Shown here: positions 45,682-53,018 of the stretch, piece after piece
Position numbering within the stretch: the first letter of the stretch is position 1
Layout of the letters: every line of letters starts with the position of its first letter
DNA from: Deltaproteobacteria bacterium
GTDB lineage: Bacteria; Myxococcota; Myxococcia; SLRQ01
Length of the DNA stretch: 64,000 nt
Direction: 5' to 3'
Assembly (NCBI GenBank): GCA_029210625.1
Contig: JARGFU010000001.1
Location: 325,806 to 389,805 of the forward strand
Position numbers and translations under genes: made by a program
The notes under the pieces: model-generated
Told to the model about the DNA's origin: nothing
Seen by the model: the letters and a program-made list of their open reading frames with translations, nothing else
Databases searched by the model: none

Positions 45682-46763
45682 GCCTCACCCCCCTCAAGGG
45701 CTTCACCCCGGCCGCCTCGACGCCTCGCCTCATCGCCGGCCCCTGCGCCGCCGAGACCCGGGAGCAGGTCCTGGAGGCGGCCCGCGCGCTGGCGGGGACG
45801 CCGGGGCTGATGTGGTTTCGCACGGGGGTCTGGAAGCCGCGCACCCGCTCGGCGAGCTTCGAGGGCGCGGGCGAGCCGGCCCTCGCGTGGCTGGCCGAGG
45901 TCCGGGAACTGGGGCTCGAGCCCTGCCTGGAGGTCGCCCTCCCGCGGCACGTGGAGCAGGCGCTGGCCGCCGGCATCGACTGCTTCTGGATCGGCACCCG
46001 CACCGTGGGCAGCCCCTTCGCGGTGCAGGAGCTGGCCGACGCCCTCGCCGGCTGCGGCGAGGTCTCGCTCCTGGTGAAGAACCCCCTGAGCCCCGACCTG
46101 GGCCTCTGGCTCGGCGCCCTCGAGCGCCTGGAGCGCGCCGGGCTCACGCGCCTGGGCGGGATGCACCGCGGCTTCCTGATGCACTCCCAGGAGGGCCAGC
46201 CCCGGGGAGAGCGCTATCGCTTCAGCCCCCGCTGGCGCCTGGTCCTGGCGCTGCGCCGCCTCCTGCCCGACCTGCCGATCTTCGCGGACCCCAGCCACCT
46301 CGCCGGCCACCGCGAGCTCGTCGGCGAGGTCGCGCAGATGGCCCTCGACCTGGGCCTGGACGGCCTGATGCTCGAGGTCCACCCCCGGCCGGACGAGGCC
46401 CTCTGCGACGCCGAGCAGCAGCTCGATCCGCCCGGGCTCGGCCGGCTCCTCGGCGAGCTGATCCTGCGCCGGCCGGAATCGCCGGCGCCGGCCTTCGGCA
46501 GCGAGCTCGAGAAGCTGCGGGCGGCGATCGACGAGGCCGACGCCGCCATCCTCGAGGCGGTGGCCCGCCGGCTCGGCATCGTCGAGGAGATCGCCCGGCT
46601 GAAGCAGGGGGAGCGGGTGACGCCCTTCCAGCGGGCCCGGATGATCGAGGTGCTCGAGAGCTGGCGGGAGGCGGGCACGAGGCTCGGGCTCGACGACCGG
46701 CTCACGACCGAGCTCTACGAGCTCCTCCACGAGGCCGCCCTCGAGGTGCACTGGAAGCGCTGA
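45678..46763 (+). CDS. bifunctional 3-deoxy-7-phosphoheptulonate (DAHP) synthase (type I-beta) / chorismate mutase (AroQ) fusion
   Basis: LIAGPCAAETREQ and WKPRTRSASFEG blocks are DAHPS/KDO8PS-family. The C-terminal ~90 aa (LEKLRAAIDEADAAILEAVARRLGIVEEIARLK) is a CM domain. GTGA overlap with the upstream gene. Confidence 0.85.
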   Translation: MSLTPLKGFTPAASTPRLIAGPCAAETREQVLEAARALAGTPGLMWFRTGVWKPRTRSASFEGAGEPALAWLAEVRELGLEPCLEVALPRHVEQALAAGIDCFWIGTRTVGSPFAVQELADALAGCGEVSLLVKNPLSPDLGLWLGALERLERAGLTRLGGMHRGFLMHSQEGQPRGERYRFSPRWRLVLALRRLLPDLPIFADPSHLAGHRELVGEVAQMALDLGLDGLMLEVHPRPDEALCDAEQQLDPPGLGRLLGELILRRPESPAPAFGSELEKLRAAIDEADAAILEAVARRLGIVEEIARLKQGERVTPFQRARMIEVLESWREAGTRLGLDDRLTTELYELLHEAALEVHWKR

Positions 46764-48051
46764 GCCGCTCGAGGACCCGCTCGGCCAGGGTGAGCACGCC
46801 CTCGAAGCCGAGGTGCGGCCTCGGGCGCAGGGGGTGGGTGTCCACCTGCGGATAGCCGAACTCGAGCACCGGCAGCTCGGGCGCCCGGCCCGCGATCGCC
46901 CGCGCCTCCCAGGCGCTGCCGATCAACAGATCGAGGGGACCCCGCGTCTCGGCCTCCTCCACGGCCGCCTGGAGCCGCTCCACGCTGGGGTCGAAGAGGA
47001 GGCGCTCGACCCGCGCCTCGACGAGCTCCTGCTCCGGCAGCCCCTCCGGGCCTCCCCGGCTGCGGCAGAAGGCCGTGTCGACCTCGAGGCCGAGATCGTC
47101 GGTGAGGCAGCGCACCATCCCCGGGAGCCACTCCCGGGTGGCGGCGATCATCACCCGCCGGCCGAGCAGGCGATCGGCGACCGTCTCGAGGCGCTCGAGG
47201 ATCCGCTCCTGCTCACGGCCGATGAGCTCGGCCAGGTGGGGCCCCCTCCCCCGCGCCTCACCCAGCGCCTGCAGCCAGGCGCTGCTCCCCTCGAGGGAGA
47301 GGGGCAGGGGCAGCTCGAGCGCCGCCGTCTCGCTCGCCCGCCGCAGCCGCTGGGCGGCCTTGCGGGCCCCGGGCAGCGCGATCAGCTGCTCGCAGGCCGC
47401 CACCCGCTGCAGCTCGGGCCAGGGCGCGCCCGAGAGCCAGGGGGGAAGGAGCTCGAGGCCGAGGAGCCCGGCCAGGCGCGCCAGCTCGAGGAGGTCTCCC
47501 TCGACGTCGCCCTCGCTGCGGTGCGCCAGGTAGCCCAGCAGCCCGAGGGTGTCCGGCTCGACGGCCGGGGCCTCGGCGCAGGCGCCGGCCAGCTCCGCCA
47601 GCAGCACCTCCCAGGCGTCCTCGTAGCTCCGGTCGAGGTGGCGGGTGCGGGCGGCGAGCACCGGCACGCCGTGCCGCTTCTGCAGGGCCCGGGCGACCGC
47701 TCGCAGATCCTCCCCGGCCAGGAGGTAGCGGGGCAGCTCCGAGAGCAGCACCAGCGAGGGCGCGATCCGGGCGAAGGCGCCGTCCGCCGTGCTCATCACC
47801 TCGGACTCGGTGCCCATCACCATCTGGGTGTAGGGGTCCCGGGTGACCCAGAGCCGGTTCGGCGCGTCGGGGCGCGTGAGGGTCTGGCGCAGGTCGTGAT
47901 CGATCATCTGCGCCCGGAAGGCCTCCTCGATGCAGGACGAGCCCCGGTAGAGGAGCAGCGCGTCGGGGATCGCCCCGGCCACCATGAAGACCCCGTCCAT
48001 GAAGGAGGGGGTGGTGCGCAGGGTGTCGTCCCGGGGTGGCGCCTCGCTCAT
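46702..48051 (-). CDS. nitrogenase component-1-like (NifD/K/E/N, BchN/B family) protein
   Basis: GAIPDALLLYRGSSC resembles the conserved GA..IPDA..HG..GC block. GGAGG RBS. ATGA overlap with the upstream gene. Confidence 0.65.
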   Translation of the reverse strand: MSEAPPRDDTLRTTPSFMDGVFMVAGAIPDALLLYRGSSCIEEAFRAQMIDHDLRQTLTRPDAPNRLWVTRDPYTQMVMGTESEVMSTADGAFARIAPSLVLLSELPRYLLAGEDLRAVARALQKRHGVPVLAARTRHLDRSYEDAWEVLLAELAGACAEAPAVEPDTLGLLGYLAHRSEGDVEGDLLELARLAGLLGLELLPPWLSGAPWPELQRVAACEQLIALPGARKAAQRLRRASETAALELPLPLSLEGSSAWLQALGEARGRGPHLAELIGREQERILERLETVADRLLGRRVMIAATREWLPGMVRCLTDDLGLEVDTAFCRSRGGPEGLPEQELVEARVERLLFDPSVERLQAAVEEAETRGPLDLLIGSAWEARAIAGRAPELPVLEFGYPQVDTHPLRPRPHLGFEGVLTLAERVLERLSASSAPRGRPRGGARRARS

Positions 48052-50147
48052 GTCCTGACCTCCGGTCCGCGGAAGGCCGCCAGCCTGCGGCGCGAGTCCA
48101 GCCGCCGCAGCAGCCCGCGGAGCCGGCCGTGGCCGCGGCGATGGCCGGCCTCCCCCATCTCCAGGAGCTGGATGCCCACCGGCGCCGCGCCGGCCGCCCA
48201 GATCTCCCGGCCGGCGTTGTGATCGCAGTAGACGAGATCGAGGGACGCGTCGGCGACGAGCCGGGCGAGCTCGACCTCGTCCTCGACCCGCAGGCGGCGG
48301 GGCCCTCCGCCGGAGGCGTCCGTGGGCTCGTCGTCGCCGCCGAGCTGCACCAGGACGAGCTCGGCGCCGGGGAAGTCCAGGAGCTCCTCCACCGAGGCGC
48401 CGTAGAAGAAGCGGGGATCGAGCACCTCCTCGAAGCTGCCCTGATCGAAGAGCACGCCGATCCGGATGGGCTGCTCCGAGGCGCGCAGCCCGGGCAGCGC
48501 GCTCGCCGCGCCCGCCTCGCCGCCGAGGTCGCGGCCGAGGAAGCGATGGATCGCCTCCAGCCACCGGCGCAGGCCCCGCGGCCCGTAGGGTAGCGCCAGC
48601 TCCAGGTAGGGGAGCTCGAAGCCCTCGAGGAAGCGGGTGAAGGTGTGGCGGATCGGCTCCCAGGGAGAGACGAGGGTCAGGGCCGCCTGGCCGAAGCGCG
48701 CCTCGGCGTCCGCGCCGCGGTAGGGGAGCACGACCTCCCCCAGGGCGAGGCCGTGCCGCTCGAGGGTGCCGGCCAGATCCGCGATCCAGGGGGCCTCGGC
48801 CGGGCCGTAGCCCACCAGGTTGATCCGGGGCGCCCCCTGCAGAGCGGCCGCCGCGCCCTCCTGCGCCTGCACCCGCTCCAGGAACTTGTGCCACCAGTTG
48901 CGCGACTGCGGCTCCTCGAAGCCGGCGAGCACCGGCTCCAGGAAGAGCGCGTCGCTGGCCGCGGGCTCGACGCAGCGGCGGCAGGCCGCCTCGGGGGCGT
49001 CCCCCACCATGTGGAACTCGCAGCCCTCCATCACCCGGGGCCGGGTGCCGGGGAAGCGGCGCACGGTCTGATCGACGATCTGCGCCAGGGTGCGCTCACC
49101 GCCGGTGACCGAGATCGTCTCGTCCAGCCCGGTGACCCGCACCCGCTCGATCTCCATGCGCTCCCGGGGATCGTGACCCCGCCAGGGGCGGAAGCTCGTC
49201 TCGATGCTCCGTCCGAGGGCGCCGGTCCCCATGGCGCACTCCCGCGAGGCGTGGAGCACCATCGGGTCGCTGTCGCGAAGGAAGTTCGCCTCGGCGGTGA
49301 GGCCAAAGGTGTCGGCGTCGCCCCAGGCGGAGAAGAAGCGGCTGCTGGCGTGAGGATCGACGCCGGCCCGGTAGCAGGCCGAGATGAGGCTCTGGCGTTG
49401 CCGCGCGGGCTCTCCCCCGGACTCCGGGGAGGGCTCGCTGGCCGGCGCCTCGGGGGGTGGGCCGGCGGGCGGCTCGGGGGGATCGTCCTTCGGCACCCGG
49501 GCCCAGCCCTGGCGGCCGCCGAGGGTGCGCAGGAGCAGGAAGGTGAGGGCGGTGAAGACCTCCGCCTCGAGCGGCCCCTGCGGGATCAGCCGGCCACCGG
49601 CGAGGGCGAAGCCCTCGCTCTCCTCTCCGGTCTCGCGCAGCAGCACCTCTCCCGCGGCGCCGCCCTCGTCCTCGAGCAGGAAGCGCACGGCCTCCCCCTC
49701 GGCCTCCTCGAGCGCCCTCAAGCACCAGCCGGACCAGAAGGGCCGGCCCAGGGGCAGGAGCCCGGCGATGGCGTCGCCGATCGCCTCGGGGGTGAAGGGG
49801 ATCGGCTCTCCCGGGAGCTCCGGGGCGAGCCAGGGAGCGAAGCCCGCCTCGAGGGCCTGCGTCAGGCGGCGGTGGAAGGCCTCCAGCTGGCGGCGGCTCG
49901 CCTCCCCCCGGGGCAGGCCCTCGCCGCCGATCAGGCGCCAGGCCCCCAGCCCGAGGACCGGCCCCTCCCGGGAGGCGGCGCCGGCCAGCTCGAGGATCAT
50001 CGCCCGCCGGTGGCTGCCCTCACCCCAGGCCAGCTCGAGGCTGCCCTCGGCGGTGGGCCGCAGCCGGGCGGGGCCCTCGCTGCGCGTGCCGAACTTCTCG
50101 GCGAGGTGAGAGAGGACCGAGTCCAGGGGCGGCGGTGCCGAGAACAT
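48048..50147 (-). CDS. nitrogenase component-1-like protein with ~350-aa N-terminal extension of unknown function
   Basis: The C-terminal half shows Oxidored_nitro-like blocks (RINLVGYGPAEAPWIADL..). Tight coupling, 6 nt downstream of the nifH-like stop. Confidence 0.6.
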   Translation of the reverse strand: MFSAPPPLDSVLSHLAEKFGTRSEGPARLRPTAEGSLELAWGEGSHRRAMILELAGAASREGPVLGLGAWRLIGGEGLPRGEASRRQLEAFHRRLTQALEAGFAPWLAPELPGEPIPFTPEAIGDAIAGLLPLGRPFWSGWCLRALEEAEGEAVRFLLEDEGGAAGEVLLRETGEESEGFALAGGRLIPQGPLEAEVFTALTFLLLRTLGGRQGWARVPKDDPPEPPAGPPPEAPASEPSPESGGEPARQRQSLISACYRAGVDPHASSRFFSAWGDADTFGLTAEANFLRDSDPMVLHASRECAMGTGALGRSIETSFRPWRGHDPRERMEIERVRVTGLDETISVTGGERTLAQIVDQTVRRFPGTRPRVMEGCEFHMVGDAPEAACRRCVEPAASDALFLEPVLAGFEEPQSRNWWHKFLERVQAQEGAAAALQGAPRINLVGYGPAEAPWIADLAGTLERHGLALGEVVLPYRGADAEARFGQAALTLVSPWEPIRHTFTRFLEGFELPYLELALPYGPRGLRRWLEAIHRFLGRDLGGEAGAASALPGLRASEQPIRIGVLFDQGSFEEVLDPRFFYGASVEELLDFPGAELVLVQLGGDDEPTDASGGGPRRLRVEDEVELARLVADASLDLVYCDHNAGREIWAAGAAPVGIQLLEMGEAGHRRGHGRLRGLLRRLDSRRRLAAFRGPEVRT

Positions 50148-50153
50148 CTGGGC

Positions 50154-51017
50154 TCACGACCCCCGCTGGCTCCCGGACCGCGCGGCCCGGGCGTGCTCCT
50201 GGAAGAGGGCCCGCAGCTCGACGTCGGAGAGCGGGGTGGGCACGATCCGCTCGAGGGCCGCCTCGTCGGCGATCGCCTCGAAGATCGTCACGAGCGCTCC
50301 GCTGGCCTCGCCGGTGGCCCCCTCGCCGCTCCGGAAGAGGGGCTCGCCCTCGAGCTCCGAGAGCACCACCTCCTCGGAGAAGGGGAGGTGACCCACCAGG
50401 CGGGTCTGCAGGGCCTCGGCGAAGCGCTCGAGGAGGCGCAGCTCCTCCGGGCTTCGCACCTTGTTCCCGATGATCCCGGCGACCCGGGCCTGGCCGATGT
50501 CGGAGAGGTTGTCGACGCCGCGGGCGATGTTGTTGGCGGCGTAGAGCGCCATGTACTCGGCGGAGGTGATGAGGAAGACGTCCGAGGGGATGTCCTCCCG
50601 CAAAGGCGTGGCGAAGCCACCGCAGACCACGTCCCCCAGGACGTCGAAGAAGGCCAGGTCGTAGGTGCGCTCGAGCTCCATGGACTCCCGCACCATCTCC
50701 AGCACCAGGCTCACCGCGCGGCCGGCGCAGCCGGTCCCCGGCTCGGGCCCGCCGGTCTCGATGACGTCGACCCCGGTGGGGGTCGAGACGATGAGCCGTT
50801 GCAGATCCTCGGGCCCCATCCGCCCGACCAGGCGGAGGAACTCCTGCATCACCGTGGGCACGGGCTCCCCCCGGTGATGGGCCAGGGTCGAGTCGTGCTT
50901 CGGATCGCAGCCCACCTGCAGCACCCGCAGATCGCGGCTCGCGCCCACCGAGGCGAGGCCCGAGCAGAGGGTCGACTTCCCGATCCCTCCCTTGCCGAAG
51001 AGGATGATCCTTCGCAC
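50154..51017 (-). CDS. NifH/BchL/ChlL-family ATP-dependent reductase iron protein homolog
   Basis: GKGGIGKST P-loop, GCDPKHDST, both cluster Cys (CAGR, VCGGFA). GTG start with an AAGGAAG RBS. Confidence 0.9.
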   Translation of the reverse strand: MRRIILFGKGGIGKSTLCSGLASVGASRDLRVLQVGCDPKHDSTLAHHRGEPVPTVMQEFLRLVGRMGPEDLQRLIVSTPTGVDVIETGGPEPGTGCAGRAVSLVLEMVRESMELERTYDLAFFDVLGDVVCGGFATPLREDIPSDVFLITSAEYMALYAANNIARGVDNLSDIGQARVAGIIGNKVRSPEELRLLERFAEALQTRLVGHLPFSEEVVLSELEGEPLFRSGEGATGEASGALVTIFEAIADEAALERIVPTPLSDVELRALFQEHARAARSGSQRGS

Positions 51018-51087
51018 GCTTCCTTTTCCGATCCGCGGGTCGTTTCGTCCACCGACGAGGCCACCCGGCCTCCCCGGGAGCGGGTCA

Positions 51088-51111
51088 TCCTAAACCAGAG
51101 ATCATGATTCC
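51088..51111. promoter_or_regulatory. 24-bp element CCTAAACCAGAGATCATGATTCCC (left arm of inverted-repeat pair) in the nflH-like promoter region
   Basis: Its reverse complement recurs at 51234-51257 with 21-22 of 24 matches. Lies in the AT-richest segment of the window. Confidence 0.5.
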
Positions 51112-51233
51112 CGAACAGTCGCTGGCGCCGCGGACGTGCCCGGATGCAAGGAAGGGTGAGGGAACATAGCCCTAACTATGCGACCGAGGCCTGACGCCGC
51201 AGGCGGGTGCGGCCTGCAAGCCAGAGGCGTCCG

Positions 51234-51257
51234 GGAATCTTGATTTCTGGTTTAGTA
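51234..51257. promoter_or_regulatory. right arm of the inverted-repeat pair (GGGAATCTTGATTTCTGGTTTAGT)
   Basis: See 51088. The pair brackets ~120 bp of the divergent promoter region between nflH-like and the 51302 gene. Confidence 0.5.
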
Positions 51258-51301
51258 TGGGGCCCCGGAGGCCCGGTGCCCAGCAGATCACCCTCCATTC
51301 G

Positions 51302-52579
51302 ATGCGCTACAATCGCCGGGTGAACCATCGCCTCTCCCTCGCCCTCGTCCTCCCGGCCCTCCTCCTGACGATCCTCGCCGCCGCCTGCTCCGACACCGGC
51401 ACCGGCGTCTGCCCGGACACCGACGAGGACGGGGTCTGCGACCTGAACGAGGCCTGCCCGGGCGGCGACGACAAGGTCGACACCGACCTGGACGGAGTGC
51501 CGGACGACTGCGACAGCTGCCCCCTGAACTGGCCCGACGACTCGGACCTCGACGGCACCTGCGACGTCGACGACCTCTGCCCCGGCCACTCCGACCTCCT
51601 CGACGGGGACGGCGACGGTATGCCGGACGACTGCGACCGCTGCCCCCTCGACAACCCCGACGACTCGGATGGCGACACCCGCTGCGACAGCGACGATGTC
51701 TGCCCCGGCGGCGACGACCGGCAGGACTCCGACGGCGACGGCACCCCCGACGCCTGCGATCTCTGCCCGAACGACACGACCGGCGACTCCGACCTCGACG
51801 GGGTCTGCGACAGCGTGGACCTCTGCCCGGGCTTCGACGACGGCGTCGACTCCGACGGTGACGGGATCCCCGACGGCTGCGACACCTGCAGCTCCGCCTT
51901 CGACACCGACGGCGACTCGGTGCCGGACGACTGCGACGCCTGCCCCGGCTTCGACGACGCGATCGACGCCGACCTCGACGGCGCGCCGGACGGCTGCGAC
52001 CTCTGCCCGGGCTTCGACGACCGGACCGACGCCGACGCCGACGGGATCCCCGACGACTGCGACCTCTGCCCCGCCGGGCCCAACGGCGTCGACACCGACG
52101 GTGACACGGTCCCCGACGCCTGCGACGCCTGCCCGGGCTTCGACGACCGGATCGACCTCGACGGCAACGGCCGCCCCGACGGCTGCGACCCGGCCCTGCC
52201 CGCCCCCACCGGGGTCCGGGCCAGCGGCGACGTCTGCAGCTGGGGCGTCTTCTGGGACGCGGTCACCGACGCCACCTCCTACGAGGTGGGCTGGTTCTGC
52301 AGCGGCTCCTACCAGGGAGACGGCTGCTCCACCGACGCCGACTGCGACTTCACCCTGGTCTGCGTGGGGAGCAGCCCGCCGAGGGTCTGCACCGCCCCGA
52401 CCGCCCACTCGACCACCGGCACCAGCGTGATCCTGGAGAACACCGCCATCGTCACCGGCGGGCAGTGCCTGGTGGTGGACATGGTGGTGAGGGCCTGCGG
52501 CGACGCCGGCTGCAGCGAGTGGGTGCACGTCCCCGCGAGCGGCCTGCCCCTGGCCTGCGGCGGCGGCTGCTGCGTGTAG
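51302..52579 (+). CDS. lipoprotein with ~15 thrombospondin type-3-like Ca-binding repeats (DxDxDGxxDxCDxC) and Cys-rich C-domain
   Basis: Signal LLLTILAAACS. Repeats such as DSDGDGIPDGCDTC and DTDGDTVPDACDAC. Confidence 0.75.
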   Translation: MRYNRRVNHRLSLALVLPALLLTILAAACSDTGTGVCPDTDEDGVCDLNEACPGGDDKVDTDLDGVPDDCDSCPLNWPDDSDLDGTCDVDDLCPGHSDLLDGDGDGMPDDCDRCPLDNPDDSDGDTRCDSDDVCPGGDDRQDSDGDGTPDACDLCPNDTTGDSDLDGVCDSVDLCPGFDDGVDSDGDGIPDGCDTCSSAFDTDGDSVPDDCDACPGFDDAIDADLDGAPDGCDLCPGFDDRTDADADGIPDDCDLCPAGPNGVDTDGDTVPDACDACPGFDDRIDLDGNGRPDGCDPALPAPTGVRASGDVCSWGVFWDAVTDATSYEVGWFCSGSYQGDGCSTDADCDFTLVCVGSSPPRVCTAPTAHSTTGTSVILENTAIVTGGQCLVVDMVVRACGDAGCSEWVHVPASGLPLACGGGCCV

Positions 52580-52588
52580 GAGAGCACG

Positions 52589-53008
52589 GTGTTTCGCCTG
52601 CTCGAGGAGCGGCCCGGCTCAAAGGGGGCACCGGGCGCCGCCACCGAGCTCGAGCCCGCGGAGCTCTCGGGCGCCACCGGCCCGCGGATCGTCTGCGCGG
52701 GCTGCCTGCACGTCCTCACCCGCGGGAGCGAGCGCATCCCCGTGGAGGGCGAGCACGAGCACGTCCGGGTGAACCCCTTCGGCTACGCCTTCCGCTTCGC
52801 CTGCTTCGCCCGGGCGCCGGGCTGCGTCCTGCGGGGCGAGGCGGAGCGCACCGCCACCTGGTTCCCGGGCCGCGCCTGGCGCTACGCCCACTGCGGCGGC
52901 TGCGGCGGACACCTGGGCTGGCACTGGGAGCAGCTCGCCGGCGAGGGGAGCTTCTTCGGGCTGATCGTCCCCCGCATCACCGAGCTACGCGACGCCCCCG
53001 AGGCCTGA
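52589..53008 (+). CDS. CULT-like (cereblon/Mss4-like beta-tent) zinc-binding domain protein
   Basis: CAGC...(~75 aa)...HCGGCGGHLGWHWE mirrors the CxxC...CxxC...GW motif of cereblon-type thalidomide-binding domains. GTG start with an AGGAGA RBS. Confidence 0.5.
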   Translation: MFRLLEERPGSKGAPGAATELEPAELSGATGPRIVCAGCLHVLTRGSERIPVEGEHEHVRVNPFGYAFRFACFARAPGCVLRGEAERTATWFPGRAWRYAHCGGCGGHLGWHWEQLAGEGSFFGLIVPRITELRDAPEA

Positions 53009-53018
53009 AGGCCGAGCT

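Noticed and set aside
51112-51233. Possible tRNA-Sec or other small RNA in the AT-richer nflH-like upstream region
   Set aside because: No cloverleaf-compatible arms or T-loop GTTCRANYC consensus found by eye on either strand. Left as plain promoter DNA. A covariance-model scan would be needed to be certain.
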